A DNA stretch of 64,000 nt from a virus (lineage: Duplodnaviria; Caudoviricetes), in IMG/VR virus record IMGVR_UViG_3300020046_005360; one strand, 5' to 3'. The notes under the pieces were generated by a model. That model saw only the letters and a program-made list of their open reading frames with translations, did no database searches and was not told where the DNA came from. Of this stretch, positions 9,441 through 19,462 are shown piece by piece. Position numbers and translations under genes: made by a program. Position 1 is the first letter of the stretch. Each line of letters starts with the position of its first letter.

Positions 9441-11771
9441 TTATGCGTTAGATATTCTTAAATAAAAAGCATTACTCACTCTACTTAAAGTAGCAGTACT
9501 ACCTACTGCACCATTTAACACCGCAGTTCCATCAACTTGTATTAATGTTGATCCACTTCCTGCTAAAAATGTAATAGCGCTTGATCCACGTTTTAAATAT
9601 GAAGAAACAAAATCAAATTCTGAATTTATATCTGCAGTTAAATTTATTGCAGACGCCCCATTATCTAATATTACATTTCTTCCATGTTGTCCTATACTTT
9701 GTGAAGTGGTAAGTGTGGTTATACTTGAAGAAGTAGTTAATCTTATTTGACTTACATTTCTTCTTGATATACTTTCTAATCTATTTCTCGTGTATGAATA
9801 TCTATATTTAATTATTTCGTTAGGTAAATAAGATTCAGGTAATCCACTTCCATTATAGAAGGAAATTGAACCAGATAATGATTGACTGTGAGGGAATGTT
9901 AGTGACCCTGTACCTTGATATATGAAAGTAAATTCTTTTCCATCATATAAAGAACCAGAATTAATTGTTTTTTTAAGATAAGGTACTGTTACACTAGCTC
10001 CTGTAAATCTGATAGTGGATTTTTCATCTACTTCTATAGTATTAATAACTCCTGTTGTTGGAACTAATAATTCGGATTTTGAAGATTTTAATATATAATC
10101 ATATGAACCTGTTATTATCGGTGTTGGAGGTTCTATACTACTACCAAAAACATTTATTGATGTTACTAATAAAGTACCACTAGGAATAGTAGGAAAAACA
10201 GCTGATGATGAATTTTCTGTTCCTTCTATTTTTTGAAAATAACTAGAAGTATTTGCAACTATTATATCTATTCTATTATAATCAGCAGAAGCTGTTACTA
10301 TTGTAGTAGAATATGATGAAGTATTAGTATAATTATTTTGGTTTATTCTCCAAGAAAAATCCGAAGTTCCTATATTTATTAAACTTCCAGTTGGAATTAT
10401 AGGAGATGTTTTTGTAAAACCATCCGGAAATACAGAACTACTTAATGATGTTCTAAGACTATTAATTATATCTATAGTAGCATATTTTTGTCCGGTTCCA
10501 TCAGGATTGAAATTATTTTGTTTATTAGAAACATTTTCAGGTGTATAACCTAATCCTGATATAATAGTGGAATATGTTAAAGATACCCCAGCTCCCCCAA
10601 CAACATTACCGAATTTATCTACAGGGATAAATTCACAATCTGATGAATTTGTTAAGCTTGTAGTTCCTGATTTAACAATCAAATATGTTCTAAGAATTCC
10701 ATTTTCGGCTATATTAGCTTCAGCTATATAATCTTGGGTTTGGATGAATACTTTAGCATCTGCTAAATTACTATATAATGTTTGACCATATTGTATTATA
10801 CAATCTCCAGATTGGAATAATGTTATATGTTGAGTAGTATAACTTCCACTAGGGACTGCAGTTTTAACTCCATTTAAATCATAGAAATTAGGATCTATAT
10901 CGGTAACGTTTGAACTTTCTCCATCAGGGAGAGATGTATCTCTTAATCTATATCTAAATGTTTGAGTTGTTTGTTCTTCTATAAATAATCTATGGGGGTC
11001 ACCAAAATCATTAGCATTTATCCCTAATCCCCATATTTGACCGGAGGTTTTATGTATATTTAAGTTAGAACCAGTAGGAAAATATATATTTCCATTTAGA
11101 TTTAAACTCCCCACAGCTCTCATAAAATCATGTAATTGGTTTGTATCGGCCAATATAGGAGCTTTAATTTCATTTACTGCATTAATAGTAGAATTATCAG
11201 AATGTATTACCGCTCCTATTAATGCTAAAGTTCTTCTTGAAACATTTTCAAATGGGATTGCAGATTGAACTACATCTCCTTCAAGATCTAATGCTATATA
11301 TGAAGCTACACTAGAACTCATATATTGAGGGGTAAATTCTATAGGGGTTTCTACATATCTTATATGAGCTATTATATTATTTATGTCTGTATAATCTGTT
11401 ACTATATAAGAACCGGTCCCTATTAGTCCTTTAGTATTATCTCCAGGTTTAATAGATAAAGGAAGACCTTCAATGAATCCTGTAGGGGAACTTTGTTTTG
11501 CTGATAATCCTTCCCTAACTGCATTTGAAGTTATAGGATTATTACTACCAGATATTATAGTGTAATCTACTTTGGTAGAATCCGAATATGAAGAAGTAAG
11601 TATTCCTGTTATTTGAGAACCTTCTCCAATAAAATGAGATGCTGTAACACTTCCATTTACTAATATTTCAGAATTTGGGGCAGTTCCATCTAATGCATTT
11701 ATTATACGTAATAAATGTTCAGATTTTATTACCTGATGGGGAGCGATCCCCGATTTTGAAATTTTTGTCAT
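9441..11771 (-). CDS. Putative tail fibre / virion appendage protein
   Basis: 776 aa, S/T/G-rich; GYTPENVSNK and RIDII fibre-like motifs. Confidence 0.6.
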   Translation of the reverse strand: MTKISKSGIAPHQVIKSEHLLRIINALDGTAPNSEILVNGSVTASHFIGEGSQITGILTSSYSDSTKVDYTIISGSNNPITSNAVREGLSAKQSSPTGFIEGLPLSIKPGDNTKGLIGTGSYIVTDYTDINNIIAHIRYVETPIEFTPQYMSSSVASYIALDLEGDVVQSAIPFENVSRRTLALIGAVIHSDNSTINAVNEIKAPILADTNQLHDFMRAVGSLNLNGNIYFPTGSNLNIHKTSGQIWGLGINANDFGDPHRLFIEEQTTQTFRYRLRDTSLPDGESSNVTDIDPNFYDLNGVKTAVPSGSYTTQHITLFQSGDCIIQYGQTLYSNLADAKVFIQTQDYIAEANIAENGILRTYLIVKSGTTSLTNSSDCEFIPVDKFGNVVGGAGVSLTYSTIISGLGYTPENVSNKQNNFNPDGTGQKYATIDIINSLRTSLSSSVFPDGFTKTSPIIPTGSLINIGTSDFSWRINQNNYTNTSSYSTTIVTASADYNRIDIIVANTSSYFQKIEGTENSSSAVFPTIPSGTLLVTSINVFGSSIEPPTPIITGSYDYILKSSKSELLVPTTGVINTIEVDEKSTIRFTGASVTVPYLKKTINSGSLYDGKEFTFIYQGTGSLTFPHSQSLSGSISFYNGSGLPESYLPNEIIKYRYSYTRNRLESISRRNVSQIRLTTSSSITTLTTSQSIGQHGRNVILDNGASAINLTADINSEFDFVSSYLKRGSSAITFLAGSGSTLIQVDGTAVLNGAVGSTATLSRVSNAFYLRISNA

Positions 11772-11796
11772 TATATTATTTTTATATAAATATTAT

Positions 11797-12678
11797 TTAT
11801 TTTATAGACTCTTTAATTACTATTTTAGTGAAATTAAAAGATTTTCCTACAGGGGAAGCATTATTTACATTTATTGTATTAGGAATTATATAACCTTTAA
11901 CTGTAAGAGTCATTTCTGATTTAGAAGCTCTATCTCCCCCACTTTCTACTGATATAGGTGTTGGGTATGAATCTATACTTGCTCTAAATTGGAATCTTTC
12001 TTTATCTCCCCAATATGAATCAGAAGCAAATTCTATAGCTTCTATAAGTTTATTCATATGTTCAACATAATCTGTGTATATAATAAGTTTATATCTTATT
12101 GTGATATAATCTGGTATAATTCCTACTTTATATTCAACACTTTTCTTTTGGTTTTGCAGAACAGAAAAGTTATCATATGAGTTTCTTTGACTATAACCCT
12201 GTTTAAAATATTGAACGTTGTTTACTTTATTACCATCTAATTTATTTCCCAACGTTCTATCTTTATCAAAACTTTCACGTTTAAGTATTATTAGGGGTAT
12301 TTGAGCTTTGCCGTTTTTATCGCGATAAAAGCCGTCTTTTTGTATTGACTTCCATCTTTCAGGGGAACCATATATAACAGGTACTCCGCGCGTACTCCCG
12401 TTGATTTCAACAGTGGGTCTTATATAATTTTCTATATAATATATTATAGCAGAATCATGATCTTCAAGAGATATTTGAATATTATTTGTAGTATCTCCTT
12501 TCAAAGATATTTCATTCGCCCTAACAAAATCAGGTTGACCAGGATTAGTATACTTTAATTCAGGATTTGAATTATCGTAAGGCTGTAGTTCTTGTTCAGG
12601 AATTTGATACGGTTCAGGAAGAGCTTTCAAGAACTTATCTCTATTTATGGGAGTTGGTTTATCTCTATTTTTAGCCAT
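11797..12678 (-). CDS. Tail terminator / sheath stabiliser (gp15-like)
   Basis: VPVIYGSPERW motif; position after neck genes. Confidence 0.55.
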   Translation of the reverse strand: MAKNRDKPTPINRDKFLKALPEPYQIPEQELQPYDNSNPELKYTNPGQPDFVRANEISLKGDTTNNIQISLEDHDSAIIYYIENYIRPTVEINGSTRGVPVIYGSPERWKSIQKDGFYRDKNGKAQIPLIILKRESFDKDRTLGNKLDGNKVNNVQYFKQGYSQRNSYDNFSVLQNQKKSVEYKVGIIPDYITIRYKLIIYTDYVEHMNKLIEAIEFASDSYWGDKERFQFRASIDSYPTPISVESGGDRASKSEMTLTVKGYIIPNTINVNNASPVGKSFNFTKIVIKESIK

Positions 12679-13636
12679 TATTAATTATTTTAATAATATC
12701 ATCGGAATATAATTCTTCATATTCGTATTTATCTCCGGGACTATATATCTCTATTCTTAATTCCCCTTCTTGTGGATTTTTATCTATTTCTATTACTTCT
12801 CCCGTTTTTTCTCTTAATCCAGTTCCCTCATCAAAAATAAATTTATATTTTTTACCTATTTCTAAATCATTTATATTAACTAAATTTGGATTATTTACTT
12901 TAATTTCGCTAAAAGTAGAGTTTTGGTCTGCTACAGTATATTCTTGTAGTGTTAAATCATATCCTGCACGTAAAGCTTCAGATTGAGCTTGTTTAAAATT
13001 TTGTGGCAGCTCTCCTCCAAAGAAATCTAAGATATGCATATAATCATTAAATTTTTTTAATTGAGGTTGGTTGACTTTGATTTCATTAAGTATACCAACT
13101 AAATTTTCTTTTAATATTCTTAAATCTTCTTTTACTACAGTACGTGAAAATTTATTTCTTATTGATTTTAAATCTTTTACTAATTGGATTAGTTTAGGAC
13201 GTGAATGGAAATCTTTAAGTTGGACTTTTTCAAATTTACTTATTAAGTCAGTTAAATCTTTATGGATAGTAGAATCGTCTACTTCTTTTTTAACACTCCA
13301 TGTTACTGATTGTGTTTCAGGGTCTATATCTGTTACAGTTGTTCTTCTACCACCTGTTTCAGATGATTGACCAATGTTAAAATCGGAAACGTCTTCATTC
13401 AAATCATCATATTCTTTCCCTGTTCTTTGTTTAAATAATTCACGGGCGTATTCACTTACTTCAGATTCATTTTCTACCTCTTCATCCTCAAAATCGTTAC
13501 CTCCTGAAAATTCACCAACTTCATCTAAAGCTTGTCCCCAGCATTCATCAAATATTTTTTCATAATTTAATGGGTTGTTTACTTTTATTTCTGTAATTAT
13601 ACCAGCTAGTTGCTGCAGTCTTTTTATTTCGTTCAT
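12671..13636 (-). CDS. EIKVNxP-module polyprotein (putative internal head protein)
   Basis: [16 protein letters not shown] leader, 3 tag copies. Confidence 0.65.
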   Translation of the reverse strand: MNEIKRLQQLAGIITEIKVNNPLNYEKIFDECWGQALDEVGEFSGGNDFEDEEVENESEVSEYARELFKQRTGKEYDDLNEDVSDFNIGQSSETGGRRTTVTDIDPETQSVTWSVKKEVDDSTIHKDLTDLISKFEKVQLKDFHSRPKLIQLVKDLKSIRNKFSRTVVKEDLRILKENLVGILNEIKVNQPQLKKFNDYMHILDFFGGELPQNFKQAQSEALRAGYDLTLQEYTVADQNSTFSEIKVNNPNLVNINDLEIGKKYKFIFDEGTGLREKTGEVIEIDKNPQEGELRIEIYSPGDKYEYEELYSDDIIKIINNG

Positions 13637-14133
13637 TATATTCTTGTTTCTGTAATTCCTAATTTCTCTGAGCGTGAATAATGCGCAGAAACGATTATAC
13701 TAAGCGATACTCCTGAGTCTTCGACACCGTCACCGACCTTATAAGAATAATCGGGATCTCGACCTGATACTAATTGATTTTCGTCCACATTATCTATTTC
13801 ATAATACTCCTCATTCCACAACATTACATCTCCTATCATAGGAACGACATTAGCTTGTTTTAAATGGTATTTTAAAAAACGTACTGTAAGGGGTCTTGTT
13901 CTATCTTGTCCTTCTTCTCCATCTGTCGTAGCGTAATTACCTCTTTCAATAAGACAGTTTATTAAAACAGGACCAGTAAAAGATTTTTTAAGACTTTCAC
14001 CATATATATTTGTTTCTGATTCTTCTATATTACATAAATAATATCCTACTTTTTGTTCAATAATTTGTCCTAAAAGTTCTTTATTTATGTTATTTATGAA
14101 ATCAGAGTCTCGACTGCGTTCCCAATATGCCAT
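13636..14133 (-). CDS. Neck / head closure protein (gp14-like)
   Basis: NIYGES...[13 protein letters not shown]; next to the gp13-like gene. Confidence 0.65.
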   Translation of the reverse strand: MAYWERSRDSDFINNINKELLGQIIEQKVGYYLCNIEESETNIYGESLKKSFTGPVLINCLIERGNYATTDGEEGQDRTRPLTVRFLKYHLKQANVVPMIGDVMLWNEEYYEIDNVDENQLVSGRDPDYSYKVGDGVEDSGVSLSIIVSAHYSRSEKLGITETRI

Positions 14134-14136
14134 AAT

Positions 14137-14427
14137 CTATGTATTTTTAGAATATTCTTCTAATTCGTTATATATAGTTTTTAAAATTTGAGGGTCTAAA
14201 TCAAATATTACCCCCTTATAGCCATCCTCATAGTCTTCCCAATTAAATCCTAGTGGGATATTATCATCAAGTATATCTCTTGCTGCTACATCATAATGAT
14301 CTTCCCCTTCATTAACATATAATTTATTATATAAATCCCATACTTTTTGAGGAGTAATATTTGGATTATTTACTTTAATTTCAGTAATGATACCAGCTAG
14401 TTGTTGTAATCGTTTTATTTCGTTCAT
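14137..14427 (-). CDS. Single-module EIKVNNP protein
   Basis: [22 protein letters not shown] start. Confidence 0.65.
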   Translation of the reverse strand: MNEIKRLQQLAGIITEIKVNNPNITPQKVWDLYNKLYVNEGEDHYDVAARDILDDNIPLGFNWEDYEDGYKGVIFDLDPQILKTIYNELEEYSKNT

Positions 14428-14429
14428 AT

Positions 14430-15611
14430 CTATCCTAGGAAAATCATCATTGGGTAACCTATCATTATTCCGGCCATAGAATCTGCTTCCTCTTTTTTAC
14501 GTGCAAGTTGATTTTTGCGGGAAGTTTCATCTAAGTCTCCTCTTAATTTTTCAATTAGTGCTGTTCTTTCACCTAGTGCAGAACTTAATAAATCTTGTTG
14601 ATTAAGAGATACTTCTGCTCCAGGAATTGGGGTAGTTTGGTATTTTCCTCTTATAAGTCCTAACATTTCTTTGGCTAGGGCTAATGTATATTCAAATATC
14701 CAATAACGACCAGGTCCATTTATTTGTGAGTATACTGGATTATTATAAGGGACGTTAGACATATCTGTAACCAAACTATCTCCACTTCCGTAACTTCCTG
14801 ATGGTGCTGTTATTTGTGCTTTTTCACTATTTTTTACATACCTAAAAAATAAATTCATATCATAAGGTGGGATAGGAAATATTTTAAGTTGATTGTTTAT
14901 TAATTCGAAAGAATTTGCTGAACGACGAATATCTTCTCTAAGTTCTATATTTTGTATTACAGCAAGATCTACATTTAAAGGCATTAACATTGAGTATGCG
15001 TCTAATGAACCTCCTGCTAGTGCTCCACCAGCTAAAAGACCATCTCCGAATGCACCTCCCACAATTCCAACACCTTGATATCCAGCAAACTGTTTTGTTG
15101 ATGCAGGTCTACCTTCATAAAATATTTGTTTTATCTCAATACTATCTCCTGGTACTAGTGATGCAGAAGATGAAGCCCACAATTTCATATCATATGATTG
15201 GGATCCTGCAGTCATACTTAAAGTACCACTATAATAAGTTACATTACCTCCAACTCCAACTTCAGAACCGTAATCCTGTGCCATTCGGATTATACTAGCA
15301 TTATTAGGTTGGATTACAACATTATTTACAGAAGAACCCGTTGAAGATGCTTCTAAATTTAGATAATTGTTTCTTATTTGGTATAGGTATACTTCATTAC
15401 CGTAAGTTGTAACAGCTTCTTCGAAACATAAAAAGAACTGATCTGCCCCCATTTCTACATCTAGTGTAGGATATCCGAGTCTTGATGCACAAAAATTAGC
15501 AACTTTTACCGCATCCGAGACGAATTGAGGATCATTATCATAGAAACCAAATGGTGTAGAGGACCCAGAGGTAAATATAGGATTACCAGTCCAAATCAAT
15601 GAATTTGCCAT
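14430..15611 (-). CDS. Neck protein / head-tail adaptor (gp13-like)
   Basis: RLGYPTLDVE, WIFEYTLALAKEMLG..RGKY. Confidence 0.75.
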   Translation of the reverse strand: MANSLIWTGNPIFTSGSSTPFGFYDNDPQFVSDAVKVANFCASRLGYPTLDVEMGADQFFLCFEEAVTTYGNEVYLYQIRNNYLNLEASSTGSSVNNVVIQPNNASIIRMAQDYGSEVGVGGNVTYYSGTLSMTAGSQSYDMKLWASSSASLVPGDSIEIKQIFYEGRPASTKQFAGYQGVGIVGGAFGDGLLAGGALAGGSLDAYSMLMPLNVDLAVIQNIELREDIRRSANSFELINNQLKIFPIPPYDMNLFFRYVKNSEKAQITAPSGSYGSGDSLVTDMSNVPYNNPVYSQINGPGRYWIFEYTLALAKEMLGLIRGKYQTTPIPGAEVSLNQQDLLSSALGERTALIEKLRGDLDETSRKNQLARKKEEADSMAGIMIGYPMMIFLG

Positions 15612-15612
15612 A

Positions 15613-16269
15613 TTATATTATATTTCTTTTTATTTCTCTGTTATACTTACTACATAAAGGTTGAAGGTTAGTATAATGACTTAATTTAATTAATTCTTCC
15701 TCTGTTTTAGCACTACTTATTGGGATTATATGATCTAGATCCCAAGTTTTATTGAATTCTAAAATTCCATCTTTTGGATTACCATAATTTTCTAATTTCA
15801 TCCAAGGTTCGAATTTAGATTCTATATAATCTTTAAAAATAACCCATTCACAACCTAATATTTGATAGGTTCTAGTTTTTTTCGAATATCCCATATTACG
15901 AAAAGACTCATTAATTCTACAAGCAATTCTATTTTTTAATTTAAATAGGGGATCATTATTAGCTCTATTTCTAAAATATTCTCTATCATACTCTTTCTTT
16001 TGGGGTTTTTGGAAAATCCTAATCTCTTTAAGTTCTTCAGAATGTTCTTTATTATATTGATTAGAATATTCTTTTATAGGAACCTCATTAATTTTATTAT
16101 ATTCTTTTCTATTTTCCCATATTTTTTCTTTATTATCTTCTTTATATTGTTTAGCACAAACTTTACATCTACCCGATAATCTATCTTTTTTAGATTTATC
16201 AGAATAAAAATTACTTAATTCTTTATCCTGTTTACAAATAACACATTGTTTCATATAAATAAATATCAT
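15613..16269 (-). CDS. HNH homing endonuclease
   Basis: CxxC...CxxC N-terminus; WDLDHIIP...HYTNLQPL. Confidence 0.8.
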   Translation of the reverse strand: MIFIYMKQCVICKQDKELSNFYSDKSKKDRLSGRCKVCAKQYKEDNKEKIWENRKEYNKINEVPIKEYSNQYNKEHSEELKEIRIFQKPQKKEYDREYFRNRANNDPLFKLKNRIACRINESFRNMGYSKKTRTYQILGCEWVIFKDYIESKFEPWMKLENYGNPKDGILEFNKTWDLDHIIPISSAKTEEELIKLSHYTNLQPLCSKYNREIKRNII

Positions 16270-16409
16270 TAATCGAATCTTGATGCACAGAATTTAGTTA
16301 CTTTTACAGAATCTGCTATAAATTGTGGATCGTTGTCGTAAAATCCGAAAGGGGTTGAGGAACCGGAAGTAAAAACCGGATTACCCATATATATTACACT
16401 ATTGGCCAT
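16269..16409 (-). pseudogene. Truncated duplicate of the neck gene 5' end (46 aa)
   Basis: MANSVIYMGNPVFTSGSSTPFGFYDNDPQFIADSVKVTKFCASRFD vs MANSLIWTGNPIFTSGSSTPFGFYDNDPQFVSDAVKVANFCASRLG. Confidence 0.9.
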
Positions 16410-16421
16410 GTTTTATTTTCG

Positions 16422-16430
16422 TATAAATAT
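16422..16430 (-). promoter_or_regulatory. Representative late-promoter-like motif ATATTTATA
   Basis: Recurs in about 18 intergenic gaps just upstream of start codons. Confidence 0.6.
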
Positions 16431-16468
16431 TGAAAAGTAAAGGCACCTAGCGGTGCCTTATTTAATCT

Positions 16469-17119
16469 TTATTTTCCATATATATAATCTAATATATCTC
16501 CTACTATACCACTTCTATGGTTTTCTTTAAGTTTAATATGTTCTATACCTTTAATATGTTTAGATAATTCTATTGCGAAGTCTAAACCTGTAACTCCTTC
16601 ATTCGTATCTCTTTGAGATGAATCTCCATTTATTATTATTTTCCCTGATACCCCCAGGCGAGTTAAAATAGCTTCCATTTCAGCTTTAGTCAAGTTTTGA
16701 GCTTCTTCCACAATTAAAATATCATCAACTGTTTTACCTCGAATGAATTGTATTGGGAGGGCTTGTATCTTTCCTGCTTTAACAAATTCATCTATTTTAA
16801 GTCTGTCAGTACATTTATATAAATTTTCAATTAAAGCTTCCATATATGGATTGAATTTATCTTTTAAATCTCCAGGAAGAAAACCTAAACTTTTTCCAAC
16901 TTCAATTGCACTTCTAGATACAAGTATTTTGTCGATCTGTTTTGTGTTTAGAAAATCTAGTGCTGTAATAGATCCAACTAAAGATTTTCCAGATCCTGCT
17001 CTACCTGTAATTATAACTATTTGATTTTCTAAAATTAATCTTTTTGCTTCTTTCTGTTCTTCATTTAATTGAATGTTGTACTTAATTTCACTTTTACGAG
17101 GGCGATTAGGTTCTTTCAT
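16469..17119 (-). CDS. phoH: PhoH-like ATPase
   Basis: GRAGSGKS, LGFLPGDLKDK, RGKT...EEAQN, LTRLG, GDSSQRD, NHRS. Confidence 0.92.
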   Translation of the reverse strand: MKEPNRPRKSEIKYNIQLNEEQKEAKRLILENQIVIITGRAGSGKSLVGSITALDFLNTKQIDKILVSRSAIEVGKSLGFLPGDLKDKFNPYMEALIENLYKCTDRLKIDEFVKAGKIQALPIQFIRGKTVDDILIVEEAQNLTKAEMEAILTRLGVSGKIIINGDSSQRDTNEGVTGLDFAIELSKHIKGIEHIKLKENHRSGIVGDILDYIYGK

Positions 17120-17179
17120 GTAATTATTTTTAGTTAGACATTTGTCTTATATAAATATTAACGTACAAAAAGAATATTG

Positions 17180-17728
17180 TTAATCCAAATAAGTACCTGA
17201 TTTTTCTCTATTATCTTGCTTAGTAAGTGGTTGGGTGTTTTCGAAATGGAAACATAGATACATTTCTTGTTCATCAAGTAAGTTGAATTTGCATATAGGT
17301 TTGATGTGGTCTATTTCCCAGTAGGTACCATAGTTGTCCCAGGACATTTCCGAAGTGAATTTGGATTCGAGGTAGAGAGTGTAGTCACTGATGTTACATC
17401 CCAAATATTGTTCTGTACTTCTGTCCTTACCGTCTTTTAATCCGTTGTATATTCTTACTCTAATAGATTCTTTAAGTCTTACTAGTGGATCTTTACGACG
17501 TTCTCTAGCTCTTTCTGTTAATTTTTGAGTGCGAATTGCTTTCTTTTCAGGTGATAAATTAGCTAGTCTGTCTTTATGATAATTCCCATTATATTTGTTT
17601 TTATTTTGAGTCTTTTGACAAATTTTACAGGGAAAAGTATGACCATTTTTATGTGATGGATGTTTGGATTTATAATACCCATCTAATGAATAGTCGTTCT
17701 TACATTTAGTGCATGTTATTAATTCCAT
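17180..17728 (-). CDS. HNH homing endonuclease
   Basis: CxxC pairs, WEIDHIKP...HFENTQPL; start moved to ATG 17728, downstream of the capsid terminator. Confidence 0.8.
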   Translation of the reverse strand: MELITCTKCKNDYSLDGYYKSKHPSHKNGHTFPCKICQKTQNKNKYNGNYHKDRLANLSPEKKAIRTQKLTERARERRKDPLVRLKESIRVRIYNGLKDGKDRSTEQYLGCNISDYTLYLESKFTSEMSWDNYGTYWEIDHIKPICKFNLLDEQEMYLCFHFENTQPLTKQDNREKSGTYLD

Positions 17729-17745
17729 TTTTATTGGTAATATAC

Positions 17746-17773
17746 AAAAAGAGGCTTGGATATCCAAGCCTCT
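17746..17773 (-). terminator. Terminator after major capsid gene
   Basis: agaggcttgga-ta-tccaagcctct hairpin followed by T run on the minus strand. Confidence 0.75.
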
Positions 17774-17795
17774 AATTTTTATTCTATTTTATCTC

Positions 17796-19436
17796 TTAGA
17801 TTGAGTTCAAGTCTGCGACCAGAATTTTACCATAGAACTCAGGACGAACCATTTTCTTAGCGTATCTTGTCATAATACCTTTCCTAGGTGTAAATGTTTC
17901 AGGATCGTATACTAATGGAGTAGTCATTACTGGAATATATGGTGCATATACAGCTCCAGTTTCCAAGAATTGATTACCTTTGAATCCCATTAATATCGTA
18001 TTCTCAGTCATATATGGGTTTTTGTAAACTTTATAACGAGAATTAATAGCTCCTACTTTTTGTACACCGAATGCGTAAGATGATTTTTCAACACTACCAT
18101 CTGTATCTGCTGCAAATCCGGGGATTGATTCAAGTACAGTAGCAACTGTTGGAGATACTACCATGAAGTTAGCACCACCTCTTAAAGTTTTCTGATGGAT
18201 TGCATTAGAAACTTTTTGCATTTTAATACCTAGTGTTTGGAACCAAGACATTTTAGTGTAATATAAACCTGCGTTATTTACATTTGTAAATCCACTTCCA
18301 GTATAATCTTGACCTACTTTAGCTGACCAATATTCTGTTGTTGGAGCGTTTTGGATTAACATATCCAAGATTTCCATATCAATCTCTAGTGAGATGTATT
18401 CTGACATTAAACCAGTAACCTCAGCCTCAGCATCGATTGATTGGAATGCATTTAAATCTTGAGAGAACTCTGGAGTCCAGCTTGCTTTTAATTTTTTAGT
18501 TTTAGCAGCAATTGTATCAGATTTCATTTGGATATTGAATTCTGGGATAACGATATCTGTTGCAGAAGCAGCATTAGGAATTGAGAATGTACCTGCTGTA
18601 CTATCTTCATAATCACCTCTGTTATTATCTTTAGTTTGTTTATTATATAAAACTGAAGCTGCTGTTAAAGTAACTGAACCAGTATAGTAGAAATCTACTG
18701 TACCTGCAGCTGTTAATCTTGTATAATTTTGTAATAAGTTTACTGGATTAACACCTGAACCTGATACTACAAACGCTCTTACTCCGTTTACATCAAATGA
18801 TGTTAATGAAGAAGTTGCTACTGAAACTTTATAGATTTGACCTGCAGCAATAGAAGCTGATACAGCTGAATCATAATTTACATCTGCTAATGTAAGTGAA
18901 GATGATGCTACAGTTCCTGAAAATACTCCAGAAGCTGATGCTATTGCGAATTGGTTAGTTGAGTAACCAAACTTACCTGCACCATATAAACCACCATCTG
19001 CGTCATTTGAGAAGATATTATTTTGGCTGTTTTTACCATATAATGAATCTCCTGCGTTAAATGGGGATTTTGTGTTACCATATTGGAAATCTAAGAAGAA
19101 GATTAAACCTGCTGGTAAAGACATTGGTTGAACAGAAACGAATTCTTTAGCGGCGATTTGACCAAATACTTTACGTACTAATGGTAATGCAACGGCTGCG
19201 TATTGTTCTCCATTACCTGCTGTGAATGTAGCTCCACCTTGGTTTGTTGTATTGCTCTCTCTTACTAATTGCTTAGCTTGATTTTCTAGCAACTGAGCCA
19301 TGTGTGCTTTTTCTGTGGTATTTTCGATACCTTCTAATAGACCTGATTTGGCCCATTTACCTGCTAATTTCATAGCTCCAGTTAATTGAGCTTGATATGG
19401 ATCTGCAGATTCTAATAATTGTTGTACTACTGACAT
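17796..19436 (-). CDS. Major capsid protein (gp23-like)
   Basis: LLENQ, VSVQPMSLPAGLIF, KLKASWTPE..QDL, YAPYIP, GIMTRY. Confidence 0.96.
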   Translation of the reverse strand: MSVVQQLLESADPYQAQLTGAMKLAGKWAKSGLLEGIENTTEKAHMAQLLENQAKQLVRESNTTNQGGATFTAGNGEQYAAVALPLVRKVFGQIAAKEFVSVQPMSLPAGLIFFLDFQYGNTKSPFNAGDSLYGKNSQNNIFSNDADGGLYGAGKFGYSTNQFAIASASGVFSGTVASSSLTLADVNYDSAVSASIAAGQIYKVSVATSSLTSFDVNGVRAFVVSGSGVNPVNLLQNYTRLTAAGTVDFYYTGSVTLTAASVLYNKQTKDNNRGDYEDSTAGTFSIPNAASATDIVIPEFNIQMKSDTIAAKTKKLKASWTPEFSQDLNAFQSIDAEAEVTGLMSEYISLEIDMEILDMLIQNAPTTEYWSAKVGQDYTGSGFTNVNNAGLYYTKMSWFQTLGIKMQKVSNAIHQKTLRGGANFMVVSPTVATVLESIPGFAADTDGSVEKSSYAFGVQKVGAINSRYKVYKNPYMTENTILMGFKGNQFLETGAVYAPYIPVMTTPLVYDPETFTPRKGIMTRYAKKMVRPEFYGKILVADLNSI

Positions 19437-19462
19437 AGGTTTTGTTTAATTATATTTTATTT

